Shown piece by piece: positions 45,970 to 55,511 of a DNA stretch of 64,000 nt (its first letter is position 1; every line of letters begins with the position of its first letter). The translations under genes and the position numbers were made by a program. The DNA is from Verrucomicrobiota bacterium (GTDB lineage: Bacteria > Verrucomicrobiota > Verrucomicrobiia > Verrucomicrobiales > DEV007), in the NCBI GenBank assembly GCA_045046875.1, contig JASFYY010000078.1:14383-78382 (forward strand), in the 5' to 3' direction. The notes under the pieces are model-generated. The model did no database searches. It saw only the letters and a list, made by a program, of their open reading frames with translations, and was not told where the DNA came from.

Positions 45970-46395
45970 ATGTCTTTAGAAACCACACTTATCCTTCTCA
46001 AACCTGACTGCGTGACCAAATCTTTGTGCGGAGAGGTGATCAAGCGTTTTGAAGCCGAGGGTTTCAAAATTCGCGGAACGAAGATGATCAAGATGTCCGA
46101 TGCGTTGTTGAATGAACATTACGCGCATATTTCCGACAAACCGTTTTTCCCCAGTGTGGTTGAGTTCATGACTTCGTCGCCAATCATCGCCATGGCTTTG
46201 GACGGTGAGGATGTGATCGGTCGCGTGCGTGATTTGCTCGGGCCGACGGATTCGACCAAAGCGGATGCGGGAACGATTCGCGGTGATCTCGGTGTTGATA
46301 CCCAGAACAATGTTTGTCACGCTTCTGATTCTCAGGAATCGGCTGAAGTTGAGCTGAAGCGCTTTTTTAACGAAGGCGAGCTTTTTTCATACTAA
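45970..46395 (+). CDS. ndk: nucleoside diphosphate kinase
   Basis: TLILLKPD; HYAH...KPFF; GTIRGD; NVCHASDS. Confidence 0.97.
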   Translation: MSLETTLILLKPDCVTKSLCGEVIKRFEAEGFKIRGTKMIKMSDALLNEHYAHISDKPFFPSVVEFMTSSPIIAMALDGEDVIGRVRDLLGPTDSTKADAGTIRGDLGVDTQNNVCHASDSQESAEVELKRFFNEGELFSY

Positions 46396-46453
46396 GTAAT
46401 AAGGACCAGCAGGGTTAAAAGAAGAGCGGGTAATAGGTCCAATAGTGGGAACT

Positions 46454-47077
46454 TTAGCCGCGAACAATCGTGATCAGGAACGGAGCCTTGGCATTATCCG
46501 AGGCGGACCGGTGCTGCGTGACCGTGAACTGATCGCTTTTGAGGGTCTGGCAGAATGTTAGAATCGCGTCAGCTTCCTCAGAGCCTCCGGCATGTCCGAT
46601 GTAGGCGACGATGGTAACGATGCCGTTGGGCAAGAGCAGATCGAGGGCAGATCGCAGGGCTTGGAGGGTGGTTTGGGCTTGAGTGATCACTTGTTTGTCG
46701 CCGCCGGGCAGGTAGCCCAGGTTGAACATCACTGCTTGAATGGGCGTTTGGACCTGGTCAGATATTTTTTCGTGACCGACATGGTGCAAGTGAACCCGAT
46801 CGAAGTCACGGTCGTGGAGTTTTTGTTGTGCGGATTGAATGGCTGCGCCTTGAATATCAAAACCATCAACACGGCCTTTTTTACCCACTAATTCGGCGAG
46901 GAAAAGGGTGTCATGGCCATTGCCCAGCGTCGCGTCCACCACATGGTCGCCTGCCTCTACGTGTTGGCGGATCAGCTGATGCGCCCGCTCTGTGGGGCGC
47001 GCAACAAGTTTAATCATAGGAGGTCTGACCCCATATGATGAGTCGGCTGGCTGGGGATTGGAGTGGGATTCGGGCAT
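46454..47077 (-). CDS. mnmM: tRNA mnm5(s2)U34 methyltransferase MnmM/YtqB-like (start possibly 47017)
   Basis: VDATLGNGHDTLFLA; FDIQ; FNLGYLPGGDK; Y.GH.GG.EE; PF, matching the B. subtilis YtqB motifs. Confidence 0.8.
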   Translation of the reverse strand: MPESHSNPQPADSSYGVRPPMIKLVARPTERAHQLIRQHVEAGDHVVDATLGNGHDTLFLAELVGKKGRVDGFDIQGAAIQSAQQKLHDRDFDRVHLHHVGHEKISDQVQTPIQAVMFNLGYLPGGDKQVITQAQTTLQALRSALDLLLPNGIVTIVAYIGHAGGSEEADAILTFCQTLKSDQFTVTQHRSASDNAKAPFLITIVRG

Positions 47078-47089
47078 GGTTTGAGGGGC

Positions 47090-48157
47090 TTAGAAGTTTT
47101 TTTGTAGATCGACGGATTCTTCGATGGGGTGACCGTGGACGAGATGGTTGGCGAGCATGGCGGAGAGAAAGGGGCCGTTGAGTACGCCTTTTGAGCCGAG
47201 TCCGTTGAAAAAGGCGAGGTCTTTTTTGCTTTTGTCGGGATGGCAGCCGAGCAGGGCTTTGCTGTTCTCGATGATGGGGCGCACGGCGGCTTGGTGGTCG
47301 GTGATCTTAAAAGGCAAGTCAGTCATGGCGCGGATTTTGGCGCTGATCTCCTGGCGTCCGGCATCGGTGGCACGATGGTCGAGTTGTTGCCATTCGTAAG
47401 TCGAGCCGGAGCGGAATTTGCCGTTCCCTAGAGGGGCGATGAAGCCTGAGCGGTTGATGATGTGTTTTTCGCTCAGACCCGGGCAGCTGATTTCGAGCAC
47501 TTCGCCTTTGGCGGGCTTGAATGGCACCCAGTCAAAGAGCGGGTTGCTCTTTTTGTTCCAGCCTTGGCAGAATACGACTTGTTGGTAGACTCGTTTCTGT
47601 TGATCCTGATGCCAGTGCCAACCGTCGGGGCGCAGTTCGAGGTCTTTGCTATTTAAATCGCCGGATTGGTAATATCCGCGTTCGGTGAATATGCGCCGAG
47701 ATGCTTGCAGGAATTGGCTGACGTCGAGGTAGCCACCTTTCATCACAAAACCTCCGAAGCTGGCTTTGAGTTGGGAGGGATCAGCGAGGCTGGTTTGCAA
47801 AACATAATCAGCGAAGTCGGGTTCGCTCATGCGGTGGTTAAATTCGTCCTGCTCTTGTTTGTTTTTGAATAAACGTTGGATGGGCTTTTCGAAAAACAGA
47901 GAGCTAGAGGTTTTATTTTCAATCCAGCGATAGAGTTCTAGTGCGGCAGGAAAAAAGTCGTCCAAGCGCCAGGTTTTGACCATGCGCATACCGGTGATTG
48001 GGGTGACGATGCCGCCGGCGACTTTTGAAGAGGTCAGTCTTTCTTCGCGGTCGACGATTTGCATACTTTGACCGAGGCGGTCCAGTTGCCATGCCAGCAG
48101 GGTGCCCGCCAGTCCCTGGCCGACGATTAAAATGGGCGCTGGTTTGGACGAGGTCAT
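47090..48157 (-). CDS. FAD-dependent oxidoreductase (DAO family, MnmC-oxidase/ThiO-like)
   Basis: IVGQGLAG; SSKVAGG; KGE; GSTY; AAVRP; NGLGSKG. Confidence 0.8.
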   Translation of the reverse strand: MTSSKPAPILIVGQGLAGTLLAWQLDRLGQSMQIVDREERLTSSKVAGGIVTPITGMRMVKTWRLDDFFPAALELYRWIENKTSSSLFFEKPIQRLFKNKQEQDEFNHRMSEPDFADYVLQTSLADPSQLKASFGGFVMKGGYLDVSQFLQASRRIFTERGYYQSGDLNSKDLELRPDGWHWHQDQQKRVYQQVVFCQGWNKKSNPLFDWVPFKPAKGEVLEISCPGLSEKHIINRSGFIAPLGNGKFRSGSTYEWQQLDHRATDAGRQEISAKIRAMTDLPFKITDHQAAVRPIIENSKALLGCHPDKSKKDLAFFNGLGSKGVLNGPFLSAMLANHLVHGHPIEESVDLQKNF

Positions 48158-48999
48158 CGCAGTCGGACTTGATCAGCGCTGTGGATGATCTTTTGTTGGA
48201 TGCCGTGAGCAGAGGAAGTTTCGAGGACCATTTCGCCATTGTCAGCAAAACCGATGACTTTACCGGTGATTTTTTCGGCTTCAAGAGTGGCGGTTATTTC
48301 ATGTCCGATGAGCAAGCTTCGTTGCTGCAGTTCTTTGGAAACTGTTGAAAAATCCTGCAAAGCCCGGGGGTAGAGTTGATCAAAATTGGCGAGAAAGGCG
48401 GCGGCGATCTGGTGACGGTTCACCGAGTGGCGGCATTCTTCGTGCAGGGAGCTGGCGGTAGATTGCAGTTCGGCGGGGCGCTCGCTGCTGAGGGAGTTCA
48501 CATTGATGCCCACACCGACGATGTAATGAGCGCGGCCGGAAATGCTAGAGCTTTCGATGAGGATACCGGCGACTTTTTTGCCATTAACATAGATGTCATT
48601 GGGCCACTTGAGTTGGCTTACTATTTCCGGCAGTATTTGATCAAAGGTTCGAGCAATAGCGACGGCGACCAGGTGAGGCAATCGCATGCTGCGTTGGGCG
48701 AGGTTCGATTCGGTGAGATCGGGGTAGAGCAGCAGGGAGAACAAAAGATCCCGGCCGGGGGGGGCACTCCATTGGTTGCCGCGTCGTCCACGTCCGGCGC
48801 TTTGGTTTTCGGCAAAAACGATGCTTTTATTTTTGGCCATCGAGCGAGCTAAGAGTGAGGCTTCGTCGTTGGTGGAGGAGGTGGTGGAAAGAACATGGAC
48901 TTCGCCCACCGCTGATTCAGCTTTGAGATCAAGAAGGGCACGACGAAGCTGGCTGGCGTCGAAAGCAGTGAGGTTGGGGTCGACGTTGGAGTCAGGCAT
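48154..48999 (-). CDS. birA: biotin--[acetyl-CoA carboxylase] ligase (no HTH)
   Basis: STNDE; AENQSAGRGRRGNQW; LKWPND; KVAGILIE; GVGINV. Confidence 0.95.
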   Translation of the reverse strand: MPDSNVDPNLTAFDASQLRRALLDLKAESAVGEVHVLSTTSSTNDEASLLARSMAKNKSIVFAENQSAGRGRRGNQWSAPPGRDLLFSLLLYPDLTESNLAQRSMRLPHLVAVAIARTFDQILPEIVSQLKWPNDIYVNGKKVAGILIESSSISGRAHYIVGVGINVNSLSSERPAELQSTASSLHEECRHSVNRHQIAAAFLANFDQLYPRALQDFSTVSKELQQRSLLIGHEITATLEAEKITGKVIGFADNGEMVLETSSAHGIQQKIIHSADQVRLR

Positions 49000-49867
49000 G
49001 GCTTTGCAGTTCTAGCGAAAGATCCACTGACCGCACGGAGTGGGTCAGTGCGCCGACGGAGATGAAATCTACATTGCTGGCGGCAACGGCACTGATGGTA
49101 TCAAGGGTGATGCCGCCGCTGGCTTCGAGTTTGATCGTGGGTGCAACTTGGTCGCGCAGAGTTACTGCCTGGCTTAGCATATCTGGATTCATGTTGTCGA
49201 GTAGGATCACATCAATGCCGGGGATCTTGAGGTAGGTATCAAGCTGTTCAAGAGTGTCCACTTCGAGTTCGATGGTGATGCTTGAGAATTGCTGGCGGGC
49301 TTGTTTGACTGCAGCGGTGATGTCCTCGGGTTCTCCGCCGGCGACGAGGTGGTTGTCTTTCACCATGATGGCGTCGTAGAGTCCGATGCGGTGATTGCGT
49401 CCACCGCCGGCTACGACGGCGGATTTTTCGAGAGCTCGCCAGCCCGGTGTGGTTTTACGCGTATCGAGCACTTGTGCTTTGCTGTTGGCGACCGCTTTGA
49501 CGTAGTCCGCGGTAATAGTGGCGATACCGGATAGACGCTGGAGGAAATTAAGTGCGGTGCGTTCGGCGGTGAGGATCGATCGGGTTGATCCGCTGATGCT
49601 CATGAGCGAGAGGCCTGATGCCAGGTGCTCGCCGTCGTGATGCAAAATTTCGATGTCGAGATCGGCATCGACGGTGCGAAATACGGCAAGTGCGGTTTCC
49701 GTGCCGGCGACACAAATGGCTTCGCGGGTGACGATGTTGGCTGTGGAGTGGTGCGCGCAGGGAATGAAGAGCTGCGAGGTCACATCTCCGCGATCCGCGA
49801 GGTCTTCTTCCAAGGCGAGAGCGATGAGTTGGTGAGCTGGATCTGGGGTGGAGTCTATGGGCGGCAT
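48992..49867 (-). CDS. nadC: nicotinate-nucleotide diphosphorylase (quinolinate phosphoribosyltransferase)
   Basis: ALEED..GDVTS; ERTALNFLQRLSGIAT; DTRKTTPG; NHR.GL.D; KDNH; EASGGI; SVGALTHS. Confidence 0.97.
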   Translation of the reverse strand: MPPIDSTPDPAHQLIALALEEDLADRGDVTSQLFIPCAHHSTANIVTREAICVAGTETALAVFRTVDADLDIEILHHDGEHLASGLSLMSISGSTRSILTAERTALNFLQRLSGIATITADYVKAVANSKAQVLDTRKTTPGWRALEKSAVVAGGGRNHRIGLYDAIMVKDNHLVAGGEPEDITAAVKQARQQFSSITIELEVDTLEQLDTYLKIPGIDVILLDNMNPDMLSQAVTLRDQVAPTIKLEASGGITLDTISAVAASNVDFISVGALTHSVRSVDLSLELQSHA

Positions 49868-50010
49868 GATGTTTGATTCGCTGGTATCAACCGTGGCATT
49901 ATGGCACTGGAAGAGTGGAGTAAGTGGGTGTATGCTTAAGGTTTCTTTATTAATTTTTGCTACCAGTGTTATTTATAAACTGGGGCAAAGTGACTGTCTG
50001 ACTATTTTTA

Positions 50011-52431
50011 ATGTTTTTTTTCCAAAAAAGAAAGTCCAAGCCTGGGGACGATGCAAATCAGGAGATTGAAGAAGAAGACTTCTATCTATTGGCGCGTACC
50101 CGTGCGACCGTGGAAAAAAAATCTCCGAAGAGGAAAAGCACCGCTAAAAAGAAAAGTGCTGCACGCAAAAAAGCCCCGGCAAAAAAGAAAAAAGCAGGTG
50201 CCGCGAAGCGCCCTAGGTCTAAAACCAAGCGCAAAACAAAAAGTAAAAACAAACGTGGTTGCCTTGGACGACTGGTGCGCCTGTTGATAATGGCGGGCAT
50301 GCTGGCGGGTGCGAGTGGGACTTTATTACTCTTATTGGGGGCTTGGTATTTTGATCATCAGGCAGCTGATTTTGATATGAGCAAGGTCGGCAGTATGCCG
50401 CGCGAATCGATTATTTATGATCGGCGTGGTGAGGAAATCGGGCGTTTGCAGGCTGATGACCGCATTGTGGTGCCTTTGAAACGGGTATCACCCTATTTTC
50501 TGGATGCGTTGTTAGCGCGTGAAGATAAACGTTTTTACGAACATGGAGGGATTGACTACCGAGGGGTGGCGAGGGCTTTTGTGCGCAATGTGAAGGATCG
50601 AGGAGTGGTGCAGGGCGCCAGCACTTTGACGATGCAATTGGCGCGTAACAGTTTTGAACTGCGGGAGCGTAGTCTGAAGCGAAAATTTCTCGAGATGGCG
50701 CTTGCCCGGAGGATCGAAGCTACTTATTCGAAGGATGAGATTCTGGCTTTTTATGTGAACCGGATTTTTCTCGGGTCAGGATTGTTCGGGGTCGAAAGAG
50801 CCGCGCAGGCTTATTTTGGCAAACCTGCCGCTGAGATGACTTTGGGGGAAGCTGCGATGTTGGCGGGTATCATCAGAGCTCCCAATCGCTTTTCTCCTTT
50901 TCGTCATTACAAGTCAGCTTTGGGTGAACGGGATATGGTTTTGCAGCGGTTGTTGATTGAGGGGATGATCACGGAGCAAGAAAAAAAACAGGCCGAGCGG
51001 CAGGGGGTGCGGGTTAAAAAACAAAACCGGAAATCTTTATTTTCGTGGTTTAAAAAATCGACCAAAAAAGCCCCGTCGACCACGGTGGCGGTGATGGGAT
51101 CGGTGCGTAGGGAGCTGCGGGCGATCATGGAAAAGAGTGAGTTGGAAAGTGGAGGTCTGGAGATTCATACCACTTTCGATTTGCGCTTGCAGGCGGTGGC
51201 GGAGCGAGCGGTGGAGGCTCGCTTGCAGGCGATTGAGCATAGTCGGGCTTATCCGCATCGGACGATGAAGGAGTTTGAGCGTCGTTGGTTTAAGAAGAAG
51301 GATGAAAAGCCGGATTACCTGCAAGCGTCGCTGGTGATGATCGATAATGAGAATGGTGCGGTGCGGGCGATGGTTGGAGGGCGTAACTATCAACATAGCC
51401 AATACAACCGGGCTTTGGTGGGAAAGCGCACGGTGGGTTCGGTGTTTAAGGCTTTGGTGTACGCAGCGGCTTTTGAGTCGGGCACTTTTCCCGGCACGTT
51501 GATCAATGATAATCCGATTCGTGCGGGTGAGATCAAATGGCACCCGGGTAACTGGAGTCCGCGTAACTCGGATGGCAAATACCTGGGTTTGCAGAAAGCG
51601 GAGCTGGGATTGATCCGATCTAGAAATACCATGAGCGTCCGGGTGGGGGAACGTGCAGGCATTGATGTGGTGAAGGAAATGGCGGTGCATGCGGGCTTGG
51701 CGGGCAGTGGGGGAAAGATCGAGAAGTCACCACAGCTTTATATTGGAAATATGACGGCTACGCTGGAGTCAATCACCAGTGCGTATTCGGTTTTCCCTAA
51801 CCAGGGTTATCGCTTACGCCCCTATTTAATAGAGAGCATTAAGGATCGCCGGAATGACATGGTTTATGAAAACCGGCAGGTGGGCTATCGAGTATTGACT
51901 GCCGAAGCGGCGTGGATCACTTCGCGGATATTGGAGAAGGTGATGGGTGAGGGAGGTACGGGATCATCGGCGCGCAAGTTGGGATTTAGTGCGCCTAGTG
52001 GAGGCAAGACCGGCACCACCAACGACTATCAGGATGCGTGGTTTTTGGGTTACAGCAATCGTCTGACTGGTGGGGTATGGGTGGGCTTGGATCAACCGCA
52101 GAAGATCATCGATCATGGATATGGCAGTCGTCTCGCTTTGCCAATATGGGTGGATGTGATGAAAGCAGCCGCTGCGATGAAGGAGTATCAACCTGGCCCG
52201 CTGCCACAGGCGATGGATGTGATTGAGGTGGAATTATGCCGCATTTCGGGAAAATTGGTGAATCAGGCTTGCCGTCAAAAAGGGAGGGCTTATCGCAGCA
52301 AGGTGCCGGATGCCTTGATCCCCAGAGCTGTCTGTGGAGTTCACCGAGGGGGGGCAGCTCCGCAAAAAAAGGCAAACTCATCTGATCCGGGTTTTTTCAC
52401 CAAGCTGAAGAAAATTTTTAAAAAGAAGTGA
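50011..52431 (+). CDS. class A penicillin-binding protein (PBP1A family)
   Basis: EDKRFYEH; QGASTLTMQLARN; RK..E; SVFK; SRN; KTGTT; Lys-rich cytoplasmic N-terminus. Confidence 0.95.
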   Translation: MFFFQKRKSKPGDDANQEIEEEDFYLLARTRATVEKKSPKRKSTAKKKSAARKKAPAKKKKAGAAKRPRSKTKRKTKSKNKRGCLGRLVRLLIMAGMLAGASGTLLLLLGAWYFDHQAADFDMSKVGSMPRESIIYDRRGEEIGRLQADDRIVVPLKRVSPYFLDALLAREDKRFYEHGGIDYRGVARAFVRNVKDRGVVQGASTLTMQLARNSFELRERSLKRKFLEMALARRIEATYSKDEILAFYVNRIFLGSGLFGVERAAQAYFGKPAAEMTLGEAAMLAGIIRAPNRFSPFRHYKSALGERDMVLQRLLIEGMITEQEKKQAERQGVRVKKQNRKSLFSWFKKSTKKAPSTTVAVMGSVRRELRAIMEKSELESGGLEIHTTFDLRLQAVAERAVEARLQAIEHSRAYPHRTMKEFERRWFKKKDEKPDYLQASLVMIDNENGAVRAMVGGRNYQHSQYNRALVGKRTVGSVFKALVYAAAFESGTFPGTLINDNPIRAGEIKWHPGNWSPRNSDGKYLGLQKAELGLIRSRNTMSVRVGERAGIDVVKEMAVHAGLAGSGGKIEKSPQLYIGNMTATLESITSAYSVFPNQGYRLRPYLIESIKDRRNDMVYENRQVGYRVLTAEAAWITSRILEKVMGEGGTGSSARKLGFSAPSGGKTGTTNDYQDAWFLGYSNRLTGGVWVGLDQPQKIIDHGYGSRLALPIWVDVMKAAAAMKEYQPGPLPQAMDVIEVELCRISGKLVNQACRQKGRAYRSKVPDALIPRAVCGVHRGGAAPQKKANSSDPGFFTKLKKIFKKK

Positions 52432-52506
52432 GGGGCACGCTGTTATTGATGAGAGGGGGAAGTAAAGGCTTTGACCGTGGGAGCTTTGGCGCTAAGATTT
52501 GTAAAT

Positions 52507-53016
52507 ATGAAAGCAGACTCCTCGATGAACTACACAATGTTGAAATTTCCTTGCCTCGCCACCCTTGCGCTTTTCATGGTTGCCTGTGGTGGAGATGATC
52601 CGGCGGCTAAGTCAGGACATCAGGAGGAAGCAAAAAAGGAAGAGCATGGACATGGTGAGCATGGTCATTCACAAGCGTCTGCAGACTTGGCTCTAAAATT
52701 GGATGGTGATAAAAAATGGCAGATGGATGAACACACCCGCACGATGTTTAAAAAGATGGAGACATCCTTTGCTGCATCGGATCACAGCAGCGTGGATGGT
52801 TTGCACCAAGCGGGAGCAAAACTGCAGGGGCAGGTCAATGAGTTGATCAAAGGTTGCACTATGAATGGTGCCGCCCATGATCAATTGCACCAGTTTTTAA
52901 CGGGTTACATTCCAGCGGTGGAATCTCTTGCGGGTGCCAAGGATCTTGAATCCGGCAGAGAGCAAGCGATGAAAGTCAAAGCGGCGCTGGATGGATACGG
53001 TAATTATTTTGAGTAA
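52507..53016 (+). CDS. His-rich lipoprotein, hypothetical
   Basis: MVAC lipobox; EEHGHGEHGH; L.LDG.KKW; C.M.G.AH..LH; promoter TTGACC-N16-TAAGAT-N8-ATG. Confidence 0.75.
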   Translation: MKADSSMNYTMLKFPCLATLALFMVACGGDDPAAKSGHQEEAKKEEHGHGEHGHSQASADLALKLDGDKKWQMDEHTRTMFKKMETSFAASDHSSVDGLHQAGAKLQGQVNELIKGCTMNGAAHDQLHQFLTGYIPAVESLAGAKDLESGREQAMKVKAALDGYGNYFE

Positions 53017-53074
53017 GGGCCACGTGCCTCGGGGCTGCCGTTGTGCGGGGGAGTGAGCCTGTTAGGTTTCAGAC

Positions 53075-55504
53075 TCAGCGTGGGATTGCTTGCAGTTGGG
53101 CTTTTAACTGTTGGTAGGAGCGTGATTGTGGGTCGAGGGCGATCAGTTGCTCAACGTAGCCGAGGGCGAGTTCGATTTGTCCGGCATCGCGGCAGATGGT
53201 GGTGAGTCCGATCAGATATTCGGGATTGCTGGTTTCCAGTTGATGGGCTTTTTGTAGTGCGGGCAAGGCTTCGTCGAAGCGTCCCATTGAGTTGAGGGCT
53301 ACGCCGAGGAAATATTGGGTGGCGGCGTGTTCAGGCACCAGTTGAGCGGATTTTTTCAGCTCGGCCAGACCTTTGTCATACTGTTTTCTGCGGATGAAAT
53401 AACGTGCCAGAGCTTCGTGCGCCATACCGTTGGCGGGGTCGGCGTCGACGGCGGCTTGGAACACCTTGCCGGATTCTTCCAGACGCCCTTGTTGATAGAG
53501 GGTTTCGGCCAAATTGATGCGCGGAGGGATCGCTTCGGGTTCGATGCGGATAGCATCGTGGTAAGCAGATTCAGCTTTCTGGGGCTCCCCGAGATCGGTG
53601 TAAAACAGAGCAAGGCGCATGTGACCGGCGGCGCGGTCAGACATCGCCATTTGCGCGGCGATGAATTCCGCAGCGGCGTGATCCCAGGCGGGTTTTTCAG
53701 CTTCGTTGAGTTGTTGATGAGTGGCGGCGAGTAAGCGGGCGGTTTCTACCCGCACGGCTCTGACCGGATCATTCAGCATACTGCGGATCAGGTCTAAGCG
53801 TTGTGGTGCCGGAGTGGATTCCAAAGCAAAAACGGCTTGCTCGCGAACCAGCGGATTGGGGTCTTTTAACTGTCCGGCGATGACCCCCAGCGTATCGGCG
53901 GAGGAGGGTTGGCGGGAAAACTCAGCTAATGCGGTGGCGCGGATGACGTCCGGATAGCTTTTGTCGGTGGCCAGGGCCATCAGTTTTTTCATGCCTTCGT
54001 TTCCGCCTTGGCGACCGGCGGCCATCAGTTCGCCGTAGTGGGCATTGCGTAGCCCCGTTTTCCCCCAGCGCTCTTCAAAGGCGGCGATGGTCCAATCGAT
54101 ATCCTTATCGGCGTGGTCGTGACATTGGTTACAGGCATTGGGTGAGCCCAGTTTTTTTGTTAGGTCGGGTCGAGGGATGCGGATGCTGTGGTCGCGACGT
54201 GCGTCGACCCCCATGTAAGTTTTGCTAGGCATGTGGCACTCGACACAGCGGGCACCGGCACTGTCGAGTTGGTGAAAGTGGTGCTTGGGGCTGTTGTATT
54301 TATCAGCGAGGTGACAGCGCACGCAGAGTGCGTTGCCCTGGGCTTGCAGTTTCATGGTGTGCGGGTTGTGGCAATCGCTGCAGCGCACTCCGGCGTGGTA
54401 CATTTTGCTCTGGGTGAAGGAGCCATAGACGTAAACCTCTTCATTGATCTGTCCGTCGGGGTGGTAGAGTTGCTCGCGCATAACCGATGGGCTGTGGCTG
54501 TCGAGGAAGGATTGCCCGGCGATAAACTCGCCTTGCAGTGGGCGGCGGTGGGCGTGGCATCGGGCGCAGGTTTCGACTTGCACGTTGGACCCCAGCGCGG
54601 GTGTGCGCTGGGGTTGTCCACTTTCGGCATTGATCGACCAGATGCCTTCTTGTGGTTCTTGCAGGCTGACGACCAGGCCTTTGCTTTTGAGGTAGTTTTT
54701 GACTTCGTCGTCATTGAGCGATGCGCTTGGGGCATCTGTGCCTGAGCTGTTTGTTTGCTGGTGAGCCGCCCATTTGAGGTGTTCGGATGCGGGGCCGTGA
54801 CAAGCTTCGCAACTGACATTCATTTCCGACCAGCGGGTGTCGTAGCTGTCGCTGGCGACGTCGAAGTTTTTTCTCAGGTTGGTCGAGTGGCAGTCGGCGC
54901 ACATGAAATTCCAGTTAAAGTGACGTCGGGTCCAGTGCAGGATGTCGGAGGGCGGGACTTCTTCGTCGGGGTAGAGGTGGTACCAGCGTTGCCCGCCTTC
55001 TTCCTTGGGGCGTGAATCCCAACAGACTTGCAGGGCTTGGTAGCGGCCGCCGGGGAAGGGAATCAGATATTGCTGCAGCGGGTAAAAACCAAAGGTGTAA
55101 TCGATTTTATAGTCCTGACGCTGGCCGTTTTCATCCTCGGCGTTGACCCAGAACTGCTCGCCTTTTTTGAAAAAACGCCAGCGGTGTTTGAAGTGCTCGA
55201 ATTCGACGTTGTTAAAATCACCGAGCACCGTGTCAGCGGTGGCGGGTTCCATGGCTTTGTGGTGATCGGATTGTTTCCACTCTGCAAATTCTTTTTCATG
55301 GCAGGTTTTGCAATCTTTGGCACCGACGTATTTGGCATCTTTGATGAGGTGATAAGGGGAGGTGGTGCTAGCGGCAGCTGGTGGATCTTGTTGTGATGCT
55401 GGAGAGGAATCAGAGGATACGCTGTTTTTTTGGTCACAGCTAGCTAGGCCGACAGCAAGGGCGGCGATGCTCAGAATGGTTCGGATGCGGTTGGGCAAGC
55501 TCAT
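53075..55504 (-). CDS. multiheme c-type cytochrome lipoprotein (8 CxxCH) with HEAT and TPR repeats
   Basis: LASC lipobox; CKTCH, CADCH, CEACH, CARCH, CSDCH, CVRCH, CVECH, CNQCH; C-terminal TPRs. Confidence 0.9.
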   Translation of the reverse strand: MSLPNRIRTILSIAALAVGLASCDQKNSVSSDSSPASQQDPPAAASTTSPYHLIKDAKYVGAKDCKTCHEKEFAEWKQSDHHKAMEPATADTVLGDFNNVEFEHFKHRWRFFKKGEQFWVNAEDENGQRQDYKIDYTFGFYPLQQYLIPFPGGRYQALQVCWDSRPKEEGGQRWYHLYPDEEVPPSDILHWTRRHFNWNFMCADCHSTNLRKNFDVASDSYDTRWSEMNVSCEACHGPASEHLKWAAHQQTNSSGTDAPSASLNDDEVKNYLKSKGLVVSLQEPQEGIWSINAESGQPQRTPALGSNVQVETCARCHAHRRPLQGEFIAGQSFLDSHSPSVMREQLYHPDGQINEEVYVYGSFTQSKMYHAGVRCSDCHNPHTMKLQAQGNALCVRCHLADKYNSPKHHFHQLDSAGARCVECHMPSKTYMGVDARRDHSIRIPRPDLTKKLGSPNACNQCHDHADKDIDWTIAAFEERWGKTGLRNAHYGELMAAGRQGGNEGMKKLMALATDKSYPDVIRATALAEFSRQPSSADTLGVIAGQLKDPNPLVREQAVFALESTPAPQRLDLIRSMLNDPVRAVRVETARLLAATHQQLNEAEKPAWDHAAAEFIAAQMAMSDRAAGHMRLALFYTDLGEPQKAESAYHDAIRIEPEAIPPRINLAETLYQQGRLEESGKVFQAAVDADPANGMAHEALARYFIRRKQYDKGLAELKKSAQLVPEHAATQYFLGVALNSMGRFDEALPALQKAHQLETSNPEYLIGLTTICRDAGQIELALGYVEQLIALDPQSRSYQQLKAQLQAIPR

Positions 55505-55511
55505 GTGGGTT

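Noticed and set aside
50110..50260. Histone H1-like Lys/Ala-rich stretch
   Set aside because: It is the basic cytoplasmic N-tail of the class A PBP, a common low-complexity feature.
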